Shown piece by piece: positions 46,242 through 54,871 of a DNA stretch of 63,166 nt. The DNA comes from an uncultured Thermoplasmatales archaeon. GTDB lineage: Archaea > Thermoplasmatota > E2 > DHVEG-1. The stretch is taken from positions 1-63,166 of the forward strand of contig CAZQEU010000001.1 of NCBI GenBank assembly GCA_964592335.1. The letters run 5' to 3'. Under the pieces are notes generated by a model. The model ran no database searches. It was not told where the DNA came from and was given only the letters and a program-made list of their open reading frames with translations. How positions within the stretch are numbered: position 1 is the stretch's first letter; every line of letters starts with the position of its first letter. A program made the position numbers and the translations under genes.

Positions 46242-46870
46242 AAAAAGAGATAATACCTGCAATTATTGCAAAAAATCAGGAAGAATTTAAACAAAAAATT
46301 TTGAAAGTAAAAGACTATGTAAAAATTATTCAACTAGATTTTATGGATGGAAAGTTTGTACCAAACAACTCAATTGATTTTGAATTCAAGTTACCTGAGA
46401 CAAAATGCAAGTTTGAAGCACATCTCATGATTAAAGATCCGCTTGATTGGATTAAAAAAAAGTATCCTAAGTTAGATACAATTCTTGTTCATTTTGAATC
46501 ATGTGATAATCATAAAGAAATAATTGATTTCGTAAAAAGTAAAAATAAACGCATTGGTTTTGTATTAAACCCTGAAACATCTATTTCAGTTATAGAAAAA
46601 TATCTAGATGAAATTGATCAAGTATTAATTATGACAGTAAAACCTGGTTTTTATGGAAGTCCTTTTTTACCAGATATGATTGAAAAAGTAAAAAAACTAA
46701 GGCAAATAAAACCTATGTTAGATATAGAAGTTGATGGTGGAATTACGGATAAAACAATAGAGCTTGCAGACAAAGCAGGAACAAACCTATTTGTCTCAGG
46801 TTCATTTATTGTAAAATCAGAGGATGTAGAAAAATCAGTAAATATCCTCAAAAACAAAGTTAATAACTAA
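46238..46870 (+). CDS. rpe: Ribulose-phosphate 3-epimerase family protein (divergent)
   Basis: LDFMDGKFVPN, HLMI, VKPGFYGSPF, EVDGGI and VSGSFI correspond to Rpe barrel motifs. Overlaps the LOG gene by 4 nt. Confidence 0.75.
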   Translation: MKKEIIPAIIAKNQEEFKQKILKVKDYVKIIQLDFMDGKFVPNNSIDFEFKLPETKCKFEAHLMIKDPLDWIKKKYPKLDTILVHFESCDNHKEIIDFVKSKNKRIGFVLNPETSISVIEKYLDEIDQVLIMTVKPGFYGSPFLPDMIEKVKKLRQIKPMLDIEVDGGITDKTIELADKAGTNLFVSGSFIVKSEDVEKSVNILKNKVNN

Positions 46871-47062
46871 TTATTATGTGATAAAAAAACAAATTGGACA
46901 AAAAGTGATTTGATTAACAGATAGTAAAGACGTCATACTTATTATAAAGCCCAACAATTTATAACACACACTATTTCTTTTTTTTTAGTTTAAAAAACTT
47001 TTCCTCATGTTTTAAAAACATTGAGTTGATATATAATTTGGACATAGGCCGGGATTAAAACA

Positions 47063-47236
47063 ATGAATGATGAAGATGTAAATAATTTTCTTGAAGACTT
47101 TAAAAAAGGAGACATTCAGCAAAAAATGGATATGTGGTTTTTTGCTCTTGAACAGGATGCTATATGGGATGAAATCATGGATGAAATGTCAAAGATAGCA
47201 AGAATTCAGATAATGAAGAGAGGTTCAAAGAAATAA
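47063..47236 (+). CDS. Small acidic protein (57 aa), paralogue of the next ORF; below the ORF-track cutoff
   Basis: My translation: MNDEDVNNFLEDFKKGDIQQKMDMWFFALEQDAIWDEIMDEMSKIARIQIMKRGSKK*. It aligns with the 47251 ORF (FKK...DMW......WE.I..EM.KIA). A TATA-like ATATATAA lies about 30 nt upstream. Confidence 0.5.
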   Translation: MNDEDVNNFLEDFKKGDIQQKMDMWFFALEQDAIWDEIMDEMSKIARIQIMKRGSKK

Positions 47237-47250
47237 AAAAAGGTGTAACT

Positions 47251-47472
47251 ATGGATGAAGAAGGTAAAAAAGAACTAATGGAAGAATTCAAAAAATCAGA
47301 GGGAACAAAACGTCTTGATATGTGGGATTATGCATGTAGTCAACAGGTTTTATGGGAAAAAATAATTGCTGAAATGCAGAAAATAGCACATGAACAAGGC
47401 ATCGATAAAAAACTTGATAAGCTTATGCAGGATGAAATGAAAAAAGCTGAAGAGGAAGCTGCAACTATCTAA
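47251..47472 (+). CDS. Small acidic helical protein (73 aa), unknown family
   Basis: ORF in the track. An AGGTG SD lies upstream. Paralogous to 47063-47236. Confidence 0.6.
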   Translation: MDEEGKKELMEEFKKSEGTKRLDMWDYACSQQVLWEKIIAEMQKIAHEQGIDKKLDKLMQDEMKKAEEEAATI

Positions 47473-47479
47473 TTTTTTT
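47473..47479 (+). terminator. Oligo-T tract (T7) immediately after a stop codon; candidate archaeal terminator
   Basis: TAATTTTTTTA read directly. Archaeal RNAP terminates at oligo-T tracts. Confidence 0.3.
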
Positions 47480-47581
47480 ATTAACTTAGTTTGTTTTTTT
47501 ATATTTGTAAAAATGTCTTTTTGGTAATACTTGACGAAAATAATATAAACTAGTTAATCCCAAACAAATATATTGTCATAG

Positions 47582-47605
47582 TTTGACATGATATAATATG
47601 TCAAA
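47582..47605. promoter_or_regulatory. Inverted repeat TTTGACAT-N8-ATGTCAAA
   Basis: Perfect 8-bp arms with the spacer GATATAAT (TATA-like). It lies 20 nt upstream of a 43-codon ORF. Confidence 0.3.
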
Positions 47606-47624
47606 TATGGGGTTGTGATATAAA

Positions 47625-47756
47625 ATGAATAATGCGACAAAAAAATTACAAAAATTGGTAACAAGCAGAAAAACCAAGAAAGTAGTTTCTAAATCAAAAG
47701 ATTTCAACCCATATAAACGTACAACAGCAAGTTCTACAACAGATTATTATAACTAA
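47625..47756 (+). CDS. Possible Lys-rich micro-protein (43 aa)
   Basis: MNNATKKLQKLVTSRKTKKVVSKSKDFNPYKRTTASSTTDYYN*. The evidence is only an open frame plus the upstream palindrome. It shares a C-terminal DY(Y)N with the micro-ORF at 27668-27772. Confidence 0.2.
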   Translation: MNNATKKLQKLVTSRKTKKVVSKSKDFNPYKRTTASSTTDYYN

Positions 47757-47877
47757 ATAAAATCAAATATAAAAAAAATATTTTTTCTTATTTTATTGTT
47801 TGGTATTTCCCAAACATTTTAAAGGTTTTTAAATACTAAAAAATACAATACCTTATTTTAAAGGTGGAAAAAGCAAC

Positions 47878-49161
47878 ATGAATAAAAAACAAATCATGTC
47901 AATAGCCGTAATAGCTCTTATCGTTGGAGCTGTTTTTATAAGCATATTTTACAAACCTAAAGATTCAGATGTAGAAAGTGAGGACGTACCTGTAGCCATT
48001 GATACACACGCAACAGCAGAAAGTGTCAGATCACTGGTTGATTCAATAAATGATTTCTCGTTTGATTTTTATAACGAGATAATAAAGGATGAAGAGTCAA
48101 ATGTTTTCTACTCACCTTACAGCATATTTACAGCACTTTCCATGGCATATGAAGGAGCAAAGGGAGATACTGCAGCCGAGATGAAAGATATTTTAAATAT
48201 CTTACAAAATGATTCAGTTACAGAATCTTCATTTGGAAGATTATACAACTTACTTAACCACAACATAGAAGGATACAAAATAAACACTGCAAATGCTTTT
48301 TGGGCAAACGATGATTACAAATTCCTTGATGATTACACAAATCTGCTAAAAAATTATTATATAGCAGAGGCAAATGAGCTTGATTTCTCAAAAAATGTAC
48401 AAGCAGCAGAAATAATCAACTCATGGATAGAAGAACAAACCAATGACAAAATAAAGGATATGATCAAGCCAGACATGTTATCAGACTTGACAAAAATGGT
48501 ACTTGCAAATGCAATATATTTTAAGGGACTTTGGGAAAAACAATTTGATTCAGAAGATACATATGAAGAAGATTTTGAAACAAACAATTTTGAAACAGTA
48601 AAAATTGATATGATGGAATACACAGATGAAAATAACAAATTCAACTATACTGAAACCAATTATTTGAAAATACTAGAGATGAACTATCAGGGAAACGAAA
48701 CATCAATGATTATAATTCTTCCAAAAGAAAACAATATCAGTCTTGCTGAAAAACAACTTTCCAAAGAAAATCTTACACATTGGAAAAATAATTTTGTAAC
48801 TAGAGAGATAGATACATTAAAAATACCAAAATTCAAATTGGAAACAGAATACACTCTAAACGATATATTATCAGATATGGGAATAGATGATGCTTTTACC
48901 CCTGGTGTTGCTGATTTCTCAGGAATGGATGGAACTAAAAATCTTTTCATAAGCAAAGTTCTTCATAAAGCATTTGTAGAAGTAAACGAGGAAGGAACTG
49001 AAGCAGCCGCTGCAACTGCAATAATAATGGAATTGACAGCAATACCTGGTGAAGAAGATCTAACCACATTTATTGCTGATCATCCATTTATATTCTTGAT
49101 TCAGCAAAAAGAAACAGGTGCAATATTATTTATGGGAAGAGTAGATGATCCTTCCCAATAA
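47878..49161 (+). CDS. Serpin (serine protease inhibitor) with an N-terminal signal-anchor
   Basis: FYSPYSIFTALSMAYEGAKGDTAAEM, NAIYFKGLWEKQF, inhibitory-type hinge EEGTEAAAATA, and DHPFIFLIQQKETGAILFMGRV. N-terminal TM IMSIAVIALIVGAVFISIF. Confidence 0.9.
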   Translation: MNKKQIMSIAVIALIVGAVFISIFYKPKDSDVESEDVPVAIDTHATAESVRSLVDSINDFSFDFYNEIIKDEESNVFYSPYSIFTALSMAYEGAKGDTAAEMKDILNILQNDSVTESSFGRLYNLLNHNIEGYKINTANAFWANDDYKFLDDYTNLLKNYYIAEANELDFSKNVQAAEIINSWIEEQTNDKIKDMIKPDMLSDLTKMVLANAIYFKGLWEKQFDSEDTYEEDFETNNFETVKIDMMEYTDENNKFNYTETNYLKILEMNYQGNETSMIIILPKENNISLAEKQLSKENLTHWKNNFVTREIDTLKIPKFKLETEYTLNDILSDMGIDDAFTPGVADFSGMDGTKNLFISKVLHKAFVEVNEEGTEAAAATAIIMELTAIPGEEDLTTFIADHPFIFLIQQKETGAILFMGRVDDPSQ

Positions 49162-49171
49162 AAATATTTTT

Positions 49172-49606
49172 TTAACCTTCAATATTAAGTACTTTTATTT
49201 TAAAAATCAGTGTTTTTCCAGCAAGTGGAGAGTTAAGATCAATTGTTACCTTATCTTCTTCTACCTGTGTTATCCTTACAGGTATCTGACGGCCATCAGG
49301 CAGGTTCATAAGAAACATCATACCTGGTTGGATTTCTTGATCAGATTGAAATGATTCCTTAGGCATTTGTCTTACAAGCTCAGGATTATGATTGCCATAA
49401 GCTTCTTCTGGAAGTAGTTTTATTTCTTTTTCCTCACCTTCATTCATTCCAACTACTGCTTCTTCAAAGCCTTTAATAAGTTGTCCTTCACCTACAGTAA
49501 ACTCTAGAGGTGCTTCATGTTTTTCTGAACTGTCAAATACTGTTCCATCTTCTAGCTTTCCTTCGTATTCCACTTTTATTTTATCGCCTTTTTTTACTCC
49601 AGACAT
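49172..49606 (-). CDS. FKBP-type peptidyl-prolyl cis-trans isomerase (SlyD-like, with IF insert)
   Basis: KGDKIKVEYEGKLEDGTVFDSS...FTVGEGQLIKGFEEAVVGMNEGEEKE...LAGKTLIFKIKV. Confidence 0.9.
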   Translation of the reverse strand: MSGVKKGDKIKVEYEGKLEDGTVFDSSEKHEAPLEFTVGEGQLIKGFEEAVVGMNEGEEKEIKLLPEEAYGNHNPELVRQMPKESFQSDQEIQPGMMFLMNLPDGRQIPVRITQVEEDKVTIDLNSPLAGKTLIFKIKVLNIEG

Positions 49607-49748
49607 AAATTATCAACTCTTATACATACAAGAACAAAAATCAGTAAATTATGATATTCATCCTCATCCTTTGAATCATCAAAACAGACTCTTTCTATAA
49701 ATATGTTTTGTGCATTTAATCTTTAAAAAATAAGTATAGAGATTTGTA

Positions 49749-50777
49749 TTATAAAATCTCTAAATCAGAATATACAAAGATGTAATTTAGAAATACAAAT
49801 CCTTTGGCATTTTTTGTAACTATTTTTGCATTATTTGCATAAATATTTGCTTGTATATCAACAGGTCCTAAGCCAAAAACAGGTGTGTAAACTTTTTGTT
49901 GCTCTCCAGATGTTATAGGGTTTATAAATAAACCATCTGTTTTTTCATCTATTAAACCAAGGATACCGCCTGTAACTGTTACTTCAAAAAATACTGCTGT
50001 TGCATTTACAGATCCTGTATTATTGAAAGTTGTTGTAAGGTTTTTACCAAACATTTGGAAATCTATTTGAAACGTTGTAGAATCTCGCCCATATGTTTTA
50101 AAGCACATATCTGATCGGTTGTTTCCATCGCTTAGTGCCTTGATGTGTGGCCTAGGCTTTGCTTTTGAATGATTAGTCCAAGAATTTCCTTCATCATAGC
50201 TTATATATGCCTCTCCATTTTGATATGATTCTGAGTCATTATTTTGTGCCCAGAGATACCAGTTATCAGTTACGTTTTCTGTGTAGCTTACAATGTAATA
50301 TGTCTCACCCACATCTAAAAAGATTCGTTCCAAATTAAATGAAACCCATGAAAAGTTTAGATTTGGATCAGATACATTAATAGAGTTTATATTTTCAGGT
50401 TGTACTGATGTTGTTGCTAGGTTTTCACCGGTTAATTCTTCTCGAATATAAACTGTAAAAGGATGATTTGCACTATTGTTTTTACAGATATATAACTCTA
50501 CTTTTGTAAGAACGTCTTTTGTTGGAACAAATGATTGGGCCATGTAACTGCTCATATTTGAGGTCTCTGAAGGTATTTGTCCAACAAATAGAGGTACTCC
50601 TATTGAGTCGTTTTGATACTGATCTAATGTTTCAGGGTTATCAATAGTCAAAGTTGAAATATTCTGTTCTTTTTCAGAAGACATAGTGTTTCCAAAAACA
50701 CTTGTGCCCACTGTTGAAAGCATTAAAAAAGCTCCTATTATACAACCTATTATTAGTTTTCTTTTCATTTTTACCAC
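49749..50777 (-). CDS. Secreted protein, unknown function
   Basis: Signal peptide KLIIGCIIGAFLMLSTVGTSVFG. No confident family. AQSFVP...VELYI resembles DUF4082-like lectin folds only loosely. Confidence 0.55.
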   Translation of the reverse strand: MVKMKRKLIIGCIIGAFLMLSTVGTSVFGNTMSSEKEQNISTLTIDNPETLDQYQNDSIGVPLFVGQIPSETSNMSSYMAQSFVPTKDVLTKVELYICKNNSANHPFTVYIREELTGENLATTSVQPENINSINVSDPNLNFSWVSFNLERIFLDVGETYYIVSYTENVTDNWYLWAQNNDSESYQNGEAYISYDEGNSWTNHSKAKPRPHIKALSDGNNRSDMCFKTYGRDSTTFQIDFQMFGKNLTTTFNNTGSVNATAVFFEVTVTGGILGLIDEKTDGLFINPITSGEQQKVYTPVFGLGPVDIQANIYANNAKIVTKNAKGFVFLNYIFVYSDLEIL

Positions 50778-50824
50778 ATATAACTTTTTAAAATATTTAT
50801 AAATTAGTTTATTTATAAATTTTT

Positions 50825-51772
50825 CTATAAAAAACTTATATCTCCTGAAACAATCTTTTCAAAACCCTTTTTTGTCTTTAGTATCAGACAACCACTTTCA
50901 TCAACATCAGAAACGATACCTAAAACAATATCTTTTTCCCGGGCAACTCTAACTTTTTTACCAATGATATCAGCATAAGAAAACCACAAATCCCTTATTT
51001 TATCATAATTAAAGGATTTGACATAAGCATAATTTTTATCAAAAAAAATTATTATATTTTTCAAAAGATTAACTCTTGAAACATATTGATCTGTCTCTTT
51101 TTGTAACGAACTAGCAATATCACGTAAATCACTACTCAGATAACTATTAACATTAATACCAATACCTACAATAGCATAGTTTATTTTATCCATCTCAGCA
51201 TCAAGCTCAGTTAAAATACCACAAACTTTCTTACCATTTATCAAAATATCATTAGGCCATTTAATCACAGGTTTTAAACCAGTTATTTTTTCAATAGCCT
51301 CCACAACCGAGACAGATGCAGCCATAGTAATGGCCATAGCATACTGAGGAGGAACACAAGGATAAAGTATAAACGAAAAGTAAATACCGCCCTCCGGTGA
51401 AGACCAAACTCTATCCTTACGACCTTTCCCCCTCTCCTGAATATCTGCAACAACAACAGTACCTTCCTCAACATTTTTTTTAACAAGATCTTTACAATAT
51501 AAATTAGTCGAATCAATTTTTTTAAAATAAATAATTTTTTTACCAACAATATTTGTTTTAAGATCTGATTTGATCTCCTCAGGTATCGGAATATCAGGTC
51601 TTGATACAAGCCTGTATCCTTTGTTTTTAACTGACTCAATTTTGTAACCAATTTCTTTCAAAGATTTTATTTGTTTCCAGACAGCAGTCCTTGAAACACC
51701 AATTTTTTCTGCTAATTTTTCACCAGAAACAAAATGTTCTTTTCCGAGCATTTCAAGTATTTCTTTTTTCAT
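50825..51772 (-). CDS. birA: Bifunctional biotin--[acetyl-CoA-carboxylase] ligase / biotin-operon repressor
   Basis: N-terminal wHTH LAEKIGVSRTAVWKQIKSLKEIGYKIES. GRGRKDRVWSSPEGG biotin-binding loop. KWPNDILINGKKVCGIL. Confidence 0.9.
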   Translation of the reverse strand: MKKEILEMLGKEHFVSGEKLAEKIGVSRTAVWKQIKSLKEIGYKIESVKNKGYRLVSRPDIPIPEEIKSDLKTNIVGKKIIYFKKIDSTNLYCKDLVKKNVEEGTVVVADIQERGKGRKDRVWSSPEGGIYFSFILYPCVPPQYAMAITMAASVSVVEAIEKITGLKPVIKWPNDILINGKKVCGILTELDAEMDKINYAIVGIGINVNSYLSSDLRDIASSLQKETDQYVSRVNLLKNIIIFFDKNYAYVKSFNYDKIRDLWFSYADIIGKKVRVAREKDIVLGIVSDVDESGCLILKTKKGFEKIVSGDISFL

Positions 51773-53115
51773 TTTTTTACTTTCTCCCTAAAAATCAATA
51801 AAGGCAAAATTGAAAATATCATACCAACAATTACGGCATCAACCCCATATGGATTATTTAAAAAAAACCAAATAAGAGATATAGAACCACCAAGGATTAA
51901 GCTATATAACGCACCCTGCGAAGAAACACAGGTTTTTGTTTTATAAAAACCAAAAAGAATAGGTATTGTAAGTCCTGCTGTAAAAACAGTATAAGCAAGC
52001 TGCAGAGTTTTTAAAACATCATCAAGATACAAAGCAAGAGCCAGTGCTGTAAAACCAACTAAAAATATGCCTATCCTTGAAATATTTATTTTTTTGTTTT
52101 TCAAAATATCAATACTTATAATCGTTCCTGCTGAGAGAAGACAGGAATCTGCAGATGAAAGCATAACTGATACGAAAGCCGCAATTATAATTGCACCTAT
52201 CACCGGTGAAAGATTTAGTACAGCAGATGGAATTGCAACATATGCATTTGTAAGATCTGGATATAAAACAATAGCTGAAATTGCGATAACTGCTATTGCA
52301 AATGCAAAAACTAGTTTGAACAATCCTGCAAAAATTGTCCCTGTTTTAGCTGTTTTTTCATCGTTTGCAGAAAGAATTTTTGAATAAATATCAGGTCCTA
52401 CGATATGAGGCATAAACATCATAAAAAAAATCGATGCAGCACCCATAAAACCAATATTTTGATTTACTGGAAAAGAAAGAGACCCTGCAGCTAAATTACC
52501 AATTCCAGGTAGGGCATCTATAAAAAGCAATGGTGCTGCGATACAGCATATACCGATAAACATTACAAAAAACTGTATTATATCTGTATAAACAACAGCG
52601 TATTGCCCACCTATTATAGTGTACAGGATAAAACCAATAGTAATTATTACAAGCAAAACTGTATAATCAACAGTAATTGCAACAGATAGTACTAGGCTGC
52701 ATGCCTGAATAAGAAGTGATACCCATGCAATCTCAGTTATAACAATTAATACAGCTGATGAAAAACGAACTTTTTTATCAAACATTTTACCTGTTATATC
52801 TGGTAGTGTAAAAAGTCCTGTTTTTCGAACTTTTTTTGCGATAAATAAACCAAGTACTATTAAACCAAGGCCACCAGCAAGATCATACCAAAGTGCCGGA
52901 AGGCCCTCTGCATAAATCCTTCCTCCAGCTACAATTGTTGCTGATCCCCCTATAGTGGTCGCAGTAATAGTTGCTATTAATGCAAATTTTTTGAGGCTTC
53001 TATCTGCTAGGAAAAAACTATCTGAGTTCTTTATTTTTCTAGAACTTAATAGACCTATACTTATTAGCATTATTAGATATGAAAGTATTATTCCAATAGT
53101 AAGAAATGATTCCAT
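51769..53115 (-). CDS. Sodium:solute symporter family (SSF) transporter; substrate unknown (biotin or another vitamin suggested by context)
   Basis: About 12-13 TM helices with SSF-like N-terminal FFLADRSL and GGSATIVAGG motifs. Its stop overlaps the birA start by 4 nt. Confidence 0.8.
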   Translation of the reverse strand: MESFLTIGIILSYLIMLISIGLLSSRKIKNSDSFFLADRSLKKFALIATITATTIGGSATIVAGGRIYAEGLPALWYDLAGGLGLIVLGLFIAKKVRKTGLFTLPDITGKMFDKKVRFSSAVLIVITEIAWVSLLIQACSLVLSVAITVDYTVLLVIITIGFILYTIIGGQYAVVYTDIIQFFVMFIGICCIAAPLLFIDALPGIGNLAAGSLSFPVNQNIGFMGAASIFFMMFMPHIVGPDIYSKILSANDEKTAKTGTIFAGLFKLVFAFAIAVIAISAIVLYPDLTNAYVAIPSAVLNLSPVIGAIIIAAFVSVMLSSADSCLLSAGTIISIDILKNKKINISRIGIFLVGFTALALALYLDDVLKTLQLAYTVFTAGLTIPILFGFYKTKTCVSSQGALYSLILGGSISLIWFFLNNPYGVDAVIVGMIFSILPLLIFREKVKK

Positions 53116-53206
53116 TGTTAACCTTCTTGGATTGCATAGTTAACTATTTTAAATATTTTTTGTCAACATTTAAATTCAAAAAAACGCTTCAGAATCAGAG
53201 ATAAAT

Positions 53207-53989
53207 ATGAAATATGAAACACTCACAACAGAGGTAAAAGAAAACATAGCATATATTACCCTAAAAAGACCCGAAAGACTAAACTCATTTGATATGAAAC
53301 TTGGAGAGGAATTATATAGTGTTTTAAAAAGATTTACTCCAGATAAAAACATAAAAGCAGTGATTATAAAAGGCAGTGGAAAAGGATTCTGTGGCGGTGG
53401 AGATGTCAAAGAAATGCATAATGCAAAAAACAAATCCAAATTTTTAAGAGAATTAACACTTGTGATCCATAGATGTGTTCTTGAGATGAGGAAAATGGAA
53501 AAACCAGTAATAGCCGCAGTAAATGGACATGCATTTGGTGCAGGTCTTTCTCTTGCACTTGCATGTGATATCTTAATTGCTTCAAAAAACGCAAAGCTTG
53601 GAACAGCGTTTATTGGAATTGGTCTTGCCCCGGGTTGTGGTACACAGTTTTTTACAGAAATCGTGGGTTATAAGAGAGCATGTGAATATATTTTAACATC
53701 CAAAGTTTTTACTGCCAAAAAAGCAGAAGAACTAGGTTTAGTAAACATATTAGTAGATGATAAAGAATTTGAAAAAACTGTTGAAGAATTTGTAAATAAA
53801 TTTAGAAAGCTTCCACCAATCGCAGTTGGAAAAGCAAAGATGCTAATAAACAAGAGCATGGAAAACAATATAGAAGATCATCTTGAACTTGAGAGCATTA
53901 CCGCATCCAAAGTAGCCGGTACAAAAGATTTTAAAGAAGGCGTTGCTGCTTTTGTTGAAAAAAGAAAAGCAGTATTTAAAGGAGAATAA
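53207..53989 (+). CDS. Enoyl-CoA hydratase/isomerase (crotonase) family protein
   Basis: ITLKRPERLNSF..., GKGFCGGGDVKEM, AAVNGHAFGAGLSLALACDI and FKEGVAAFVEKR. Confidence 0.85.
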   Translation: MKYETLTTEVKENIAYITLKRPERLNSFDMKLGEELYSVLKRFTPDKNIKAVIIKGSGKGFCGGGDVKEMHNAKNKSKFLRELTLVIHRCVLEMRKMEKPVIAAVNGHAFGAGLSLALACDILIASKNAKLGTAFIGIGLAPGCGTQFFTEIVGYKRACEYILTSKVFTAKKAEELGLVNILVDDKEFEKTVEEFVNKFRKLPPIAVGKAKMLINKSMENNIEDHLELESITASKVAGTKDFKEGVAAFVEKRKAVFKGE

Positions 53990-54082
53990 CTATTACGTCA
54001 ATTGCTATAAAAACTTTAGAAAGCTTTATGTATTTTAGCTAATATCGCCAGGATGTCTTCTGGTAAAAGGGAGGAAAAACAG

Positions 54083-54865
54083 ATGAGATATGACACCATT
54101 GAGGTATCAAAAGAAAAAGATGTTGCCACTATTTTTCTAAATCGTCCTAAAGTGCATAATGCCATGGATGAAAAACTTATGAAAGAGCTTACAGATTGCT
54201 TTAAAGAACTGGAAGAGGATAAAAAAACAAGGATAATAATTATTACTGGAAACGGTAAGTCTTTCTGTGCGGGAGCTGATCTTAATTGGATGAAAAGCAT
54301 GGTTGATTACTCCAAAGAAGAAAACATCAAAGACAGCAATTTATTACTTGATTTATACGAGTCAATATACAATTGTTACAAACCAGTTATTGCAAAAGTA
54401 AATGGACATGCATTTGGAGGAGGAATAGGGCTTTTTGCAGCATGTGATATAGCAATTGCAAAACCTGGTTGTAAATTTGCTTTTTCTGAAGTAAAACTTG
54501 GTATAATACCCGCTGTAATCTCACTATATATCTCGAGGCGTTTAAAAATCTCAGATATGAGAAGGCTTTTTGTTACAGGAGAAAGATTTGATTCAAACTA
54601 TGCCGAAAAAATTGGTTTAATCGATTTTGTCTCTGAAGAAAAAGAGATTGAAGGCACAGTAAAAAAATACGTTAAAATTCTTCATAGTTCAGGTCCAAAA
54701 GCAATAAAAGAAGCAAAAAAACTAGTCGATGCTTGTGAGAGAATAGATATTGATAAATACAAAAAATTTAGCGTAGAAAAAATCTCAGAGTTAAGAATAT
54801 CTGATGAAGGTCAAGAAGGAATCAATGCATTTCTTGAGAAAAGAAAAAGTAAATGGAGTGGATAA
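54083..54865 (+). CDS. Enoyl-CoA hydratase family; candidate methylglutaconyl-CoA hydratase by context
   Basis: FLNRPKVHNAM, GKSFCAGADLNWM, AKVNGHAFGGGIGLFAACDI and EGINAFLEKR. ATG 54083 follows a GGGAGG SD; the ORF track starts at 54053. Confidence 0.8.
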   Translation: MRYDTIEVSKEKDVATIFLNRPKVHNAMDEKLMKELTDCFKELEEDKKTRIIIITGNGKSFCAGADLNWMKSMVDYSKEENIKDSNLLLDLYESIYNCYKPVIAKVNGHAFGGGIGLFAACDIAIAKPGCKFAFSEVKLGIIPAVISLYISRRLKISDMRRLFVTGERFDSNYAEKIGLIDFVSEEKEIEGTVKKYVKILHSSGPKAIKEAKKLVDACERIDIDKYKKFSVEKISELRISDEGQEGINAFLEKRKSKWSG

Positions 54866-54871
54866 TACAAT

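Noticed and set aside
51283-51651. 122-aa same-strand alternative-frame ORF inside birA.
   Set aside because: The birA frame carries the GRGRxxRxW and KWPND motifs. The alternative frame is basic and low-complexity with no support.
53176-54300. Minus-strand ORFs 53176-53439, 53406-53594, 53668-53868 and 54016-54300, which overlap the two crotonase genes.
   Set aside because: They are shadow ORFs, and the plus-strand crotonase motifs are clear.
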